Source: a virus | Strand: one strand, 5' to 3' | IMG/VR virus record: IMGVR_UViG_3300025435_000010 | Location: 32,001 to 96,000 of that record | DNA length: 64,000 nt | The notes under the pieces: model-generated | Seen by the model: only the letters and a program-made list of their open reading frames with translations | Told to the model about the DNA's origin: nothing | Databases searched by the model: none | Shown: positions 47,962-57,830 of the stretch, piece by piece | Layout of the letters: each line of letters begins with the position of its first letter | Numbering within the stretch: position 1 is the stretch's first letter | Translations under genes and position numbers: made by a program

Positions 47962-47968
47962 AAGAAAT

Positions 47969-49099
47969 ATGGATAAAGATTTACTTAAAACCCTTTCTGT
48001 TATTGACGAGCATAATTCAGATGCTTGTTTTCTTTCTGAAAATGCACTTTCAAATTTTACTGAGTGTTATGATACCGGTTGTTATGCTCTTAATGCTATT
48101 TTAACTGGTGATTTAAGGAATGGTGGTGTACCGCAAGGTCGTATTATTGGCTTTAGTGGTGAGTCAGGAACAGGTAAAACTCTCATTACCGGTAAAATTT
48201 TAGCTAACGCTCAGAAGAAAGGTGTTATCCCGGTTATTTTTGATTCCGAAATTGCTGTAGATAAAAACTCCGTCCGTGGCGTCGGACTCGATCCTGCTAA
48301 CGTTAAGTACGTACCAATTGATACTATTGAGAAGTGTCGTAACCAAGTTAGTGCCTTACTTGACAAGGTCATTGCTAATAATCAGCATGGTAAGATTATT
48401 ATCTGTATTGATAGTTTAGGTAATCTTGCATCACAGAAAGAGCTTGACGATGCTCTTAAGGATAAGTCAGCTGTTGATATGGGTATGCGCGCTAAGGCTC
48501 TTAAGTCTATGCTTAGAACCTTAACTTATAAGGCCGCTAAAGCTCAGGTTTCTATTATCTTTGTCAATCATACATATTCAGATCCTGCTGCTATGTATCC
48601 ATCTTTGATCAAGTCACAAGCTGGTGGGTCTGGTCCAGTTTATATGGCGAGTATTCTCGTTCAGCTTGCTAAGAGAAATGAAAAAGCAGGCGAAGGTGAG
48701 TTTGGCGGTGTTGAAGATAATAAGCTTTCTGAAGCTAACAAATATAGCGGTGTAACGCTTCGAGCACTTACTGCGAAGAATCGTTTTATTCCTCAATTCC
48801 TTGAGATTGAGATGTATCTATCATTTAAGTCAGGACTAAACAAATACAGTGGCTTGCTTGCCATGGCTACAGCAAGAGGTATTGTAGAGCAGAACGGCGC
48901 TACTTATACTGTCGGAGTCGATGGCGGTAAGTATAAAAAAGGTGATAAGCTTGGTTATGCAAAGAACTTTACTAAGGACGCATCGTTTTATGAAGATTTT
49001 ATTATACCGGCCTTAGACGAAGCGCTTAAAACAGATTATCGTTATCATCAAGCCTCTGATGATCTTATTGATGATGTGGTAGAGCAAAACGCAGAATAA
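47969..49099 (+). CDS. uvsX: RecA-like recombinase UvsX
   Basis: DTGCYALN..GESGTGKT..FDSE..IDSLGNL..DMGMRAK..NHTY..GGSG. Confidence 0.94.
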   Translation: MDKDLLKTLSVIDEHNSDACFLSENALSNFTECYDTGCYALNAILTGDLRNGGVPQGRIIGFSGESGTGKTLITGKILANAQKKGVIPVIFDSEIAVDKNSVRGVGLDPANVKYVPIDTIEKCRNQVSALLDKVIANNQHGKIIICIDSLGNLASQKELDDALKDKSAVDMGMRAKALKSMLRTLTYKAAKAQVSIIFVNHTYSDPAAMYPSLIKSQAGGSGPVYMASILVQLAKRNEKAGEGEFGGVEDNKLSEANKYSGVTLRALTAKNRFIPQFLEIEMYLSFKSGLNKYSGLLAMATARGIVEQNGATYTVGVDGGKYKKGDKLGYAKNFTKDASFYEDFIIPALDEALKTDYRYHQASDDLIDDVVEQNAE

Positions 49100-49812
49100 T
49101 GAGCGGCGTTATTGTACCTATCAGTGGTGGAATGGATTCAACCGTTCTTCTCCATCATGCAGCAGCTAATTTTGATAAAGTATATGCTATATCTTTTGAT
49201 TATGGTCAAAGGCATATAAAAGAGTTAGAGTGTGCTGATTGGCAGATTAATAATATACGCGAAAGTGATGATGACAAAAATATATGCTTTAACACAACAG
49301 TTAAATTGCCATTTTTTAATCTCATTAAAAATTCTGCTCTACTGAATAGAGAAATTAATGTAGCTAAAGCAAAGGACGTAATGGGCGACCCGCAAACGGT
49401 TAATTATGTTCCGTTTAGAAATATGATGCTCTTGAGTATTGCATGTTCATTTGCTGAACAATTTGAAGCTAGCGTTGTATATCACGGTGCAGCTCAGGCG
49501 GACTCCGTTGCAGGATACTGGGACGGATCCCCTGAGTTTCTTGCATCTATTAATAACGTAACATCGCTTAATAGAAGAAATAAAGTTGAAATTGAAGCGC
49601 CATTGATTAATAAATCAAAAGCTGAAATTATTCAAATGGGTATTGATCTCGGTGTTGATTTTAGCCGTACTTGGACTTGCTATGAAGGTGTTGAAGAGGC
49701 GTGCGGTGAATGTACAGCTTGTAGTTTGAGATTGCAGGGCTTTATTCAAGCAGGAATTAAAGATCCAATAAACTATTCAAAAAATATTCCTTGGGATAAG
49801 CTTTTAGCTTAA
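49099..49812 (+). CDS. queC: 7-cyano-7-deazaguanine synthase QueC
   Basis: SGGMDS, FDYGQRH..E, YVPFRN, TWTCY..CGECTACSLR. Confidence 0.95.
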   Translation: MSGVIVPISGGMDSTVLLHHAAANFDKVYAISFDYGQRHIKELECADWQINNIRESDDDKNICFNTTVKLPFFNLIKNSALLNREINVAKAKDVMGDPQTVNYVPFRNMMLLSIACSFAEQFEASVVYHGAAQADSVAGYWDGSPEFLASINNVTSLNRRNKVEIEAPLINKSKAEIIQMGIDLGVDFSRTWTCYEGVEEACGECTACSLRLQGFIQAGIKDPINYSKNIPWDKLLA

Positions 49813-50723
49813 CCAAAGTCGACACCGTAGCGACCACCTTCTCCACCAAATACCTCACGACCGGTGGTAGGTCTGGCATTGACGCCAAATTGACGTTGAG
49901 CGTATTCGTCTGGAGTAAGATCTGCTAAATCAGCTTCACCACTTGTAAATTCATCAGCATTATCACCGAATTCGATAATATTACCTCTCTTAGAGAGAAC
50001 ACCAGCCTTTAAGAGTCTATTAATGACACCTTTTGCTTGTCCAATAGCTCTACCTTCGCTAATATCCATATTACCCTGTACAATATGAGCCTTTATTGTA
50101 TTGATTAATTCTTGCTCATTAGTACCATCTCCGACATTATTAACAGCAAAATGCTCTAATTTATCGACACCACTTTCAGCGGCAGGCTCTTCCTGTTGAG
50201 TAGCCGTCGGTGTTGTGTGTTGTGCAGGAGCTGCTCTAAGTGCATGTTCAGACTCATCATCTTTATGCTCAATTGAGCTAGTAACTGCATCCTCAACGTC
50301 ACTATGATCGATATCTTCACCTTCTGAGGCCTTATCATTAAGAAATTTGACAGCAGGCGCTACAGCGTTCTTAATAATACGTGCCGTGTACCCAGCACGA
50401 GCCTTAGGATAGCCTAAATGAACAAGCTCACTATGAATAGCATCTTGAAGACTTGCAAGTTGTTCTTTCTCTGAACCTTCTGCATCAAAACGGCCACCAG
50501 GAAATAATGCATCATAGACAGGCTTAACGATCATTTCGATAACCTCTTCTGCAGATTTACCAGTCTTTTTCATTAAATCGGAAAAAAGATATGTATCACC
50601 TCCGCGTGTTGTAACAGCTTGTGTTGTTGCACTATGAATATCTGCATAATCAGCACCGATTGGTGCTTCCTTAATAAGGCGATTACGATAAGCTTCGAAA
50701 ATTAAATGTGAATCCTTGTTCAT
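49809..50723 (-). CDS. Hypothetical late protein (putative internal head protein)
   Basis: Leader MNKDSHLIFE|A..LIKE|A; TAAATA 9 nt before ATG. Confidence 0.6.
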   Translation of the reverse strand: MNKDSHLIFEAYRNRLIKEAPIGADYADIHSATTQAVTTRGGDTYLFSDLMKKTGKSAEEVIEMIVKPVYDALFPGGRFDAEGSEKEQLASLQDAIHSELVHLGYPKARAGYTARIIKNAVAPAVKFLNDKASEGEDIDHSDVEDAVTSSIEHKDDESEHALRAAPAQHTTPTATQQEEPAAESGVDKLEHFAVNNVGDGTNEQELINTIKAHIVQGNMDISEGRAIGQAKGVINRLLKAGVLSKRGNIIEFGDNADEFTSGEADLADLTPDEYAQRQFGVNARPTTGREVFGGEGGRYGVDFG

Positions 50724-50726
50724 GTC

Positions 50727-50754
50727 TTGAATTATTTATTCTTGAAGGTATAAT
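50727..50754 (+). promoter_or_regulatory. sigma70-like promoter (gat), overlapping a divergent late promoter
   Basis: TTGAAT-16-TATAAT-9 nt-ATG; the spacer contains TATTTA (TAAATA on the minus strand). Confidence 0.65.
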
Positions 50755-50763
50755 ATATTCATA

Positions 50764-51447
50764 ATGTGTGGAATTTTCGCTGCTGCTGATTTTAACAAAT
50801 ATATAAAACTTTATCTTAAAAATAAAGAAAGAGGTACATTTGCCTATGGAGCTTTGTTTTTGAGTCATACCTATGATGCAGCTATGAAAACAGAGGGTAC
50901 AGTTGAATTATCAAAAAATATGATAATCAATAATATAGACATGCAGATGAAGCCATCAGAGTTTTATTATTTTATGGGCCATACCCAAGCTCCAACTAGT
51001 TCAAAGCGCATATATGACGAATCAACATCGCATCCGTTTCATTGTGGTAATTGGGTAGTGGCGCATAATGGTGTTCTTACAAACGATAAGAAGCTTAAAA
51101 GTAAAATTAAAAATATGAGTCACTATAATGAAGTAGATACTTCTGTAATACCTGCTCTTTTAAATCAATATTCTGAAGAGATGGACAATGAGGTAGGATT
51201 AATTTGTGAAGTCTTATCAAAGCTTGAAGGTACATTCGGTCTTTGGATTTATAATAAACAATCTCACAACGTATATTTTGTACGATCAGGTAGCACTCTT
51301 TACGCAAATATCTTAGATAATACTGTCTCATCTCTTCCTGATAATGATCTTGTACCTCTCGAAGAAGGAGTGCTATATCTCGTAACACTGGAGGGTTTAA
51401 CCTCTGTCGGAGGCTTTACAAATAACTCACCATTTTTTATTCTATGA
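50764..51447 (+). CDS. Stand-alone class II (Ntn) glutamine amidotransferase domain
   Basis: MCGIF N-terminal Cys, ERG, GHTQAPT, HPF, AHNGVL, VDTSVI. Confidence 0.88.
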   Translation: MCGIFAAADFNKYIKLYLKNKERGTFAYGALFLSHTYDAAMKTEGTVELSKNMIINNIDMQMKPSEFYYFMGHTQAPTSSKRIYDESTSHPFHCGNWVVAHNGVLTNDKKLKSKIKNMSHYNEVDTSVIPALLNQYSEEMDNEVGLICEVLSKLEGTFGLWIYNKQSHNVYFVRSGSTLYANILDNTVSSLPDNDLVPLEEGVLYLVTLEGLTSVGGFTNNSPFFIL

Positions 51448-52136
51448 CATTCGCAATCGTATCCTGTACACAACAAGCTGATTATAAACAAACACTTCTC
51501 TATAAGAGCTTAGCTAAATTAGAAAAAACAAATAATTTGCAACTTTTAGATAAAGTTCAATTTCATACGCAAAATAAAAAAGGACTAAGCGAGGCTTATA
51601 ACGATTCGTTATCACGCAACCCTCTCAACGTTGATAAAGATATTATTATTTTTGCACATGATGATATCTGTATTGACGATGCAGGGTTTATATCAAAACT
51701 TGAAGAGGGGCACAAGACATATGATATTATCGGTGTCGCAGGAGGACTTAATCCAAAACTTAAAGCACCAGCTCTTTGGCATATTATGTGTGGTGGGTTT
51801 CAGGGAGGTGATTTACGTGGATTTGCCGGCCACTATCTACCAGATGGAACTACATCTATTACAAATTTTGGCCCATCACCAGCTCGTGTAGCAGTTATAG
51901 ATGGTGCGTTTATGTCAGTTAATACGAAGAAAGTTTTAGATGCTAAATGGTCGTTTAACGAAAACCACACGTTTCATCACTATGATTTATCTAGCTGTAT
52001 TGATGCTAATAAGAAGAAGCTTAAAATAGGTGTTGTACCTATTTTGACATATCATAATTCACCAGGGTTAAGGGATATTAACGATAAAACGTTTGTTAAA
52101 AACCAAGCAAAGTTTTTACAAGAATATGCTAGCTAA
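51444..52136 (+). CDS. GT2-like glycosyltransferase
   Basis: GLSEAYN..FAHDD..IIGVAG..VIDGAFM..FHHYDL..HNSPG. Confidence 0.8.
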   Translation: MTFAIVSCTQQADYKQTLLYKSLAKLEKTNNLQLLDKVQFHTQNKKGLSEAYNDSLSRNPLNVDKDIIIFAHDDICIDDAGFISKLEEGHKTYDIIGVAGGLNPKLKAPALWHIMCGGFQGGDLRGFAGHYLPDGTTSITNFGPSPARVAVIDGAFMSVNTKKVLDAKWSFNENHTFHHYDLSSCIDANKKKLKIGVVPILTYHNSPGLRDINDKTFVKNQAKFLQEYAS

Positions 52137-52166
52137 TAATAGCATTAGACAGTATTATAGATAGGA

Positions 52167-53480
52167 ATGGCATCAATAGATCACGATTATTTTGAAAGAA
52201 TAATGGTATGCAAGGCTTTAACAGATGAGATCTACCTTGCCTCCATTGTTGATTACGTAAAGCCTATCTTCTTTAAAGATAAAGATATTAAACCTATCTT
52301 TAATATTATAAAAGACTACTTCAATCGCCGTAACACATGCCCGACTAATACAGAGATTAAAGCTCTTCTTACTACTAGAGAATTAAAAGATTCTTATGTA
52401 AAGACAGTTGAGAAATTTAAAGATCTTGATTTAAATTTAAATGCAGAAGAACTTTATAAGAATACAGAGATTTTCTTAAAAGAAAAGGCTGTCTATCATA
52501 CAATGCTAGAGGTTGTCGAGAAGCCTGATATGGATACAGCAAAAATTTTAGAGATGTTTGAAGAGTCGTGTAATATTTCTTTAACTACAGAAATCGGACT
52601 AGACTTACTTGAGAATGTTGATAAGCTCGTTGAAAATTTGAGTTCGCAAATCAACTATATTCCTACAGGTTGGACGTGGTTAGATGAAAAAATTGGAGGA
52701 GGTTTTCTACAAGAAGGTAGAGCTCTATATGTGTTTACAGGTGAAACAAATATCGGTAAAAGTATCTTCCTTGGTAATGTGGCAATTAATATTGCCGAGC
52801 AAGGTAAAAACGTACTGCTCATCTCACTTGAAATGCCCGAGGTAATTTACGCACAGAGAATTAGTTCAAATCTTACTAAAATTCCGTTGAGTAAGCTAAG
52901 AACGGAACTACCTACTCTTAAGCAGTCTTTAGAAGAATATGCAGGTAATAACCCTGGAGCTAAGATTCTTATTAAAGAGTTTCCGCCTTCCACAATTACT
53001 GTTGGTTATTTGCAATCCTATATTAAGAAGCTCCGTGATAAGGGTCTAAAATTTGATGCTATTGTATTAGATTATGTGAATCTCCTTACATATCCCGGTG
53101 AAGGTAATAGTTATGAGAAGGTAAAAAAGATTACCGAACAGCTCCGGGCTTTAACGTATATCTTTAATTGTCCTATTATTACAGCTACTCAGGTTAATAG
53201 GAGTGGGTTTGGTGTTTCGGATCCTGGTATGGAGACGATTTCAGAGAGTTCAGGTCTTGCAATGACCGCGGATGTTATTATGAGTATTTGGCAAGAAACT
53301 ACAGATAGAGAGCTTGGTGTGATTAAGATGGGTATGATGAAGAATCGTTTTGGACAAAACTTCGGCCAATGTGTTTTACGTATTGACTACTCTACTTTAA
53401 CTCTTACTGAAGATGAACATCTAAACGATACCGAAGCGAGTACTAGTACTATTAACGCTCTTGCAGCGCTATCCAATTAA
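52167..53480 (+). CDS. gp41: Replicative helicase (T4 gp41/DnaB-like)
   Basis: GETNIGKS, ISLEM, IKEFP, LDYVNL, TATQVNR, SESSGL, KNRFG. Confidence 0.95.
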   Translation: MASIDHDYFERIMVCKALTDEIYLASIVDYVKPIFFKDKDIKPIFNIIKDYFNRRNTCPTNTEIKALLTTRELKDSYVKTVEKFKDLDLNLNAEELYKNTEIFLKEKAVYHTMLEVVEKPDMDTAKILEMFEESCNISLTTEIGLDLLENVDKLVENLSSQINYIPTGWTWLDEKIGGGFLQEGRALYVFTGETNIGKSIFLGNVAINIAEQGKNVLLISLEMPEVIYAQRISSNLTKIPLSKLRTELPTLKQSLEEYAGNNPGAKILIKEFPPSTITVGYLQSYIKKLRDKGLKFDAIVLDYVNLLTYPGEGNSYEKVKKITEQLRALTYIFNCPIITATQVNRSGFGVSDPGMETISESSGLAMTADVIMSIWQETTDRELGVIKMGMMKNRFGQNFGQCVLRIDYSTLTLTEDEHLNDTEASTSTINALAALSN

Positions 53481-53520
53481 ACATTGATTTAATTAACTTT
53501 GTTGATAATTAGTTAGATCA

Positions 53521-53808
53521 ATGAAGCATCGAGATGATCACGTATCTCTTATAACATACGAACAGGAGCATTTATTTCTTGCTTTCTGTTCTTTCGTTAC
53601 ACTCATGCACGCTAAAAAATTAAATCTAGCAAATGTCTTTCTTTTAGTATTACAGAACAAAGCTTTACGTGATTTGTTTAAGTTGTATTGTGATGCAAAT
53701 AGTGATTACGCTGTTGTACAAGCCTTTCTTTCATTTGATCCTAGCTTACATAAAAGCAAATATGTAATGAAATACTTGAATAATAGTAAAAATAAGATTA
53801 CAATCTAG
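53521..53808 (+). CDS. Hypothetical protein
   Basis: 95-aa ORF in the replication cluster. Confidence 0.6.
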   Translation: MKHRDDHVSLITYEQEHLFLAFCSFVTLMHAKKLNLANVFLLVLQNKALRDLFKLYCDANSDYAVVQAFLSFDPSLHKSKYVMKYLNNSKNKITI

Positions 53809-53810
53809 AG

Positions 53811-54467
53811 ATGGAGCTATCTCTTACGGAGTTTGAAAAACACATCTACAATACCCATTTAAGAATCTCCCGTAGTAAAAAGGGATTACCATTTAAGTAT
53901 AGAAAAGATTTCAGCTATTTGCTTGATATTATTGTTATCAATTTAAAGAAAATATCAATTTTTCTAGCTAAGTTTCCGCATATTAAACTTGAAGACTTCA
54001 TTAAAGCTCCCTATGAAATCTATCCAGATGAGCAGCATTTTGAATTAGATTATTATACAACACTCAAAGCAACGAAAGCTTATACGTTATATCAAAAGAA
54101 ACTTGAGTCAATGGACCCTGACGCAGAAGAACAACTTAAAAATATTATCGAATCATTAAAATTTATTTCCCTATTTTGCAGAGAACAAAAAATATCTATT
54201 GATGAATATATCAATCATATCACCGGCAACAATCTCTCCTATGTCTTGCATCTGAAGGAACATAGAATAAATGCTTATACATTATTTGGATTTCCTAGCT
54301 TTGAGCGAAGTATAAGAGCTCTTGATAGCCAACTTATTAAATTCGTTCTAGGTGAAGACTTTTATAATAATCTTTCAAGCTTTCGGTTAAAGTTTTTTGC
54401 TTCTAAAAAAGCGAAAACATTAGTTGAACTTGGAATAAAAAAAATAAAAATACAAAAAACTACTTGA
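53811..54467 (+). CDS. Hypothetical protein (possible gp59-like helicase loader by position)
   Basis: 218 aa, basic and aromatic, directly upstream of gp32 as T4 gene 59 is; sequence similarity not established. Confidence 0.4.
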   Translation: MELSLTEFEKHIYNTHLRISRSKKGLPFKYRKDFSYLLDIIVINLKKISIFLAKFPHIKLEDFIKAPYEIYPDEQHFELDYYTTLKATKAYTLYQKKLESMDPDAEEQLKNIIESLKFISLFCREQKISIDEYINHITGNNLSYVLHLKEHRINAYTLFGFPSFERSIRALDSQLIKFVLGEDFYNNLSSFRLKFFASKKAKTLVELGIKKIKIQKTT

Positions 54468-54506
54468 TTAAACAAAAACCACAAACTATACTAAACAAAA
54501 TTAATT

Positions 54507-55376
54507 ATGAGCTCCACATTCACATCATCAATGTTCGATAGCATTAAGTCCGCCCTTACTAAAAATACTGAGGGCAGCAACAACAAGTTTAAGGATTACC
54601 TTAAAACAGAGGTCGGTAATACCTACACTGTCCGTATCCTTCCTAATATTAAGGACCCTAATAAGACATTTCTCCATTACTATTCTTATGCTTGGAATAG
54701 CTTTGCTGATGGTAAGCTTATCAACGTAATAAGTCCTACTACTTGGGGCCAGCGTGACCCAATTGCTGAAGAGGGATACCGTATTCGCCGTAACGGTACA
54801 GAGGAAGAGAAGGACAAGGCTCGTGCTCTTAACCGTAAGGAGAGTTGGCTAGTTAATGTATATGTAGAAAACGATCCTGTTCGTCCAGAGAATAATGGTA
54901 CGATCAAGGTTCTTCGCTTTGGTCGTCAACTTAATAAGATTGTTATGGATGCTATTGAGGGGGACGATGCAGCTGATTTCGGACCTCGTATTTTTGATCT
55001 ATCACCTAACGGTTGTAGCTTCCGTATTAAGGTTGAGAAGCAAGGCGATTTCCCGACTTATGTTTCTTCTAAGTTTGCACTTCCTAAGGCTGCTGTTGGT
55101 CTTGATGCCGATTCCTACGAAGAGATCTATAATAATATTTTTGATCTTGAGTCCTACTTAACAGTTAAGAGTTACGATGAACTTAAAGATATTCTTAATG
55201 CACATTACCACTGCACAGCTGACGTAGTTGAGGACGCTGCAGAGGCTCCGGTAGTTGCTCCTAAGATTACCACAACACCTAAACCGGTATCAGCTCCAGT
55301 TGCTGAAAAGAAGGCAACCCCTGCTAGCCTTGATGATGACTCTATTGCTGATCTTCTTAAGGGACTTGAAGACTAA
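54507..55376 (+). CDS. gp32: Single-stranded DNA-binding protein (T4 gp32-like)
   Basis: VRILP..NVYVENDP..PENNGTIKVLRFG..IFDL..YVSSKF; acidic C-terminal tail. Confidence 0.92.
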   Translation: MSSTFTSSMFDSIKSALTKNTEGSNNKFKDYLKTEVGNTYTVRILPNIKDPNKTFLHYYSYAWNSFADGKLINVISPTTWGQRDPIAEEGYRIRRNGTEEEKDKARALNRKESWLVNVYVENDPVRPENNGTIKVLRFGRQLNKIVMDAIEGDDAADFGPRIFDLSPNGCSFRIKVEKQGDFPTYVSSKFALPKAAVGLDADSYEEIYNNIFDLESYLTVKSYDELKDILNAHYHCTADVVEDAAEAPVVAPKITTTPKPVSAPVAEKKATPASLDDDSIADLLKGLED

Positions 55377-55831
55377 TGGATACCTTTAACGAAGCAGGGC
55401 TTTCGCCAGACGAAATTAAAATGCTGACCCTACAGTTTATGGGTCAGCATTTAACTGGTGACCTTAAAGTATTGGATCAAAATATTATATCAAGAAATAA
55501 TACCCTACAGGGTATGGTGCTTAATCCAACTGCAGTAATAAACAGCATTCCATCTAGTGCTTCACAGCCGTTACCTCAACCTCAAGTACCAGTATTATCA
55601 CAACAGGTACAAGTAACCCCTACACTCGGAGCTGAAACATTTACTTCACCTCAACCAATACTAGCTCCTGTTGAACAAAGTAATAATACAAATCGTGATC
55701 AGCTTGAGTTTAGTTTTGAGACAAGTCCATTATCAGTACGCATTTTTGAATCACTTGAACGTATTGAGAAAAAGCTTTCTCTTATTGAGGACAGACTTTT
55801 TGCTCTTGAAGATTTTAAAAAAAAGGACTAA
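55376..55831 (+). CDS. Hypothetical protein
   Basis: 151 aa, P/Q-rich middle, coiled-coil end; coupled to gp32. Confidence 0.6.
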   Translation: MDTFNEAGLSPDEIKMLTLQFMGQHLTGDLKVLDQNIISRNNTLQGMVLNPTAVINSIPSSASQPLPQPQVPVLSQQVQVTPTLGAETFTSPQPILAPVEQSNNTNRDQLEFSFETSPLSVRIFESLERIEKKLSLIEDRLFALEDFKKKD

Positions 55832-55839
55832 TATATCGC

Positions 55840-55867
55840 TTGTTTAGGCGAATAAAGTGTCTATTAT
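55840..55867 (+). promoter_or_regulatory. sigma70-like promoter, likely leaderless (clamp)
   Basis: TTGTTT-16-TATTAT-6 nt-ATG. Confidence 0.6.
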
Positions 55868-55873
55868 AACAGT

Positions 55874-56608
55874 ATGATTCTTACCATACCAGATAGAGAA
55901 GATTTTCTCAATAGCTTTTTAACACCCTTGAGCCGTGTAGCTGATAGTGCTGTTTTAAAGCTTACCTCTAATGAGATATCAGCAATTATAACTACGAGTG
56001 ATAATACACTTGTCGTTTACGCTACATATAATAATATTCTGTCTGGAGTAGAGAAGAATCTTAATATACCAGATTTAAAGAAGCTTTGCAGAGTAATTTC
56101 ATGTATTGAAGAAAAAGGTTGTGCTTTGGATATTGCTAGTAATTATGTTGGCTTTGAATCATCATCTGTTAGATTTAAGTATTTTCTTTACGAAGATAAT
56201 ATTATCAAGACCCCTAAGCAGATTAATCTTGATAAACTGAAAGAACTGCCTTTTGATGGTGATTTCACTATTCCCTTTACATCGGTAATATCCCTTATTA
56301 AGGGTAGTTCTATTGCTACTGAGACAAATAAGATTTATCTCTCTTTCAAAGAGGGTGATGTATTCGGTGAGTTGACTGACAAGACAAGAGCAAATACCGA
56401 TTCGTATGGTATTAAGATATCTTCAGATTACACAGGAGATGTAATTAATATACATGTACCGTTGAATTTTGAGTTATTTAGAATAATTTCTTGTATGAAA
56501 TACAAAGAGCTCGCGGCGAGTATCTCCTCAAAGCGAGGACTATTAATTCTTAACACAGGCAATGAGACAACGAAAATGAAGTTTATTGTTTCAGCACTAC
56601 AAAACTAA
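55874..56608 (+). CDS. gp45: Sliding clamp (T4 gp45-like)
   Basis: 244 aa, LNIPDLKKL..FKYFL..II, two-domain beta-rich pattern, replication context. Confidence 0.65.
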   Translation: MILTIPDREDFLNSFLTPLSRVADSAVLKLTSNEISAIITTSDNTLVVYATYNNILSGVEKNLNIPDLKKLCRVISCIEEKGCALDIASNYVGFESSSVRFKYFLYEDNIIKTPKQINLDKLKELPFDGDFTIPFTSVISLIKGSSIATETNKIYLSFKEGDVFGELTDKTRANTDSYGIKISSDYTGDVINIHVPLNFELFRIISCMKYKELAASISSKRGLLILNTGNETTKMKFIVSALQN

Positions 56609-56611
56609 TTT

Positions 56612-57013
56612 ATGAGCAACAATAAACTTAAAACACCTAGTTATTTTATTAAACGATTACGCGATAATGGATTCGTTGTTGTTCGGTTATTCTCTGTATA
56701 CGCTAAGCATGACCCACGTAGATGGACGGTTATTGTAAATCCGAGCGAAGCATCAGTCTTAATTACTTGCTATGTAAATAAAACTGAACTCGGTGAAGTT
56801 TTATTTGAACTTAATGATGGCGGTGCACGTATTCCAAAGAATTTTAATCTCCAAACCGATAGTATTGAAGTTATTATTGACTATCTTATTATGCGCGGTA
56901 TCACAAATAACACAGATTATCATGGTCGCTCGAGATATCTTTCCAAGGGAATAAATAATTGTGATGAGCGACAAGCGCCCCAACAACAGGGAGAAGAAAG
57001 TGAAGAAGTCTGA
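56612..57013 (+). CDS. Hypothetical protein
   Basis: 133-aa ORF following the clamp. Confidence 0.6.
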   Translation: MSNNKLKTPSYFIKRLRDNGFVVVRLFSVYAKHDPRRWTVIVNPSEASVLITCYVNKTELGEVLFELNDGGARIPKNFNLQTDSIEVIIDYLIMRGITNNTDYHGRSRYLSKGINNCDERQAPQQQGEESEEV

Positions 57014-57299
57014 AACAAAACTTTCTAATGAAGATAAGGAGGTATTGCGTAAGGCTATGCTTTCCTCTTTACAGGAAAATATACAAACTCATGAAAACGG
57101 TATAAAAAGAGATCTCAAAACTCTTTCTACCCAAGTTGAAGAGTACCTTTCGTCCTTTATTATTCTCGGTTACACGTTTGATGGAGAACCTGTTCATTGT
57201 ATATCTGCACATAACCAACAGGAAGCCGATTCTTTAGTTACGTTAATTAATAAGTTCTTTCACAGTCATATTGAAAATGACAATCCAGAACAAAATTAA
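56964..57299 (+). CDS. Hypothetical protein
   Basis: TAAATA (56952-56957) 6 nt before ATG at 56964. Confidence 0.6.
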   Translation: MSDKRPNNREKKVKKSETKLSNEDKEVLRKAMLSSLQENIQTHENGIKRDLKTLSTQVEEYLSSFIILGYTFDGEPVHCISAHNQQEADSLVTLINKFFHSHIENDNPEQN

Positions 57300-57594
57300 A
57301 TCTCTCTTTAAAAAACCTCAGCACCCAAAGCAGCCGTATATATATGCAGTAACTGCTGGAAAGTATTTGGGCGAACTACTTGTATATATTGAAGGTAATG
57401 CTGATGATTATTCTTTTTTAGCGTTGCCTGAAATGAAGATACGTCATATACCCAGAGAAAAATTTGATATTGGTATACGAGATAAGATTATTGACGTAGT
57501 GGAAAAATTACCTGCATTTGTACATAAGACCTGCATACAGCAGTTTAATAAGAATAAATCTAGTACCCTAGCACTAGAAGATACGGAAGACTAA
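57271..57594 (+). CDS. Hypothetical protein
   Basis: 107-aa ORF. Confidence 0.55.
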   Translation: MKMTIQNKIKSLFKKPQHPKQPYIYAVTAGKYLGELLVYIEGNADDYSFLALPEMKIRHIPREKFDIGIRDKIIDVVEKLPAFVHKTCIQQFNKNKSSTLALEDTED

Positions 57595-57602
57595 ATAAAT
57601 TC

Positions 57603-57791
57603 ATGGACATCATACAACCAAAGGTTATACAGTCTCCTATTAGCGGTGAACCTGTAAGACCGAGATTAAAAACTTATATTCGCGACAATCAAGAAATTGT
57701 TGAAGCTGAATATATTTGCCCTGCCTCTGGTAAGTTCATTCGCAAAGGTGTCGTCTCAGTGAAAGATCTCAGTAAACCTGAGACACAATAA
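57603..57791 (+). CDS. Small hypothetical late protein
   Basis: 62 aa; TAAATA 5 nt before ATG. Confidence 0.6.
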   Translation: MDIIQPKVIQSPISGEPVRPRLKTYIRDNQEIVEAEYICPASGKFIRKGVVSVKDLSKPETQ

Positions 57792-57796
57792 TTATC

Positions 57797-57824
57797 TTGT
57801 TTTTAATATTTTTGGTCATATACT
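57797..57824 (+). promoter_or_regulatory. sigma70-like promoter, likely leaderless (primase)
   Basis: TTGTTT-16-TATACT-6 nt-GTG. Confidence 0.65.
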
Positions 57825-57830
57825 GATGAT

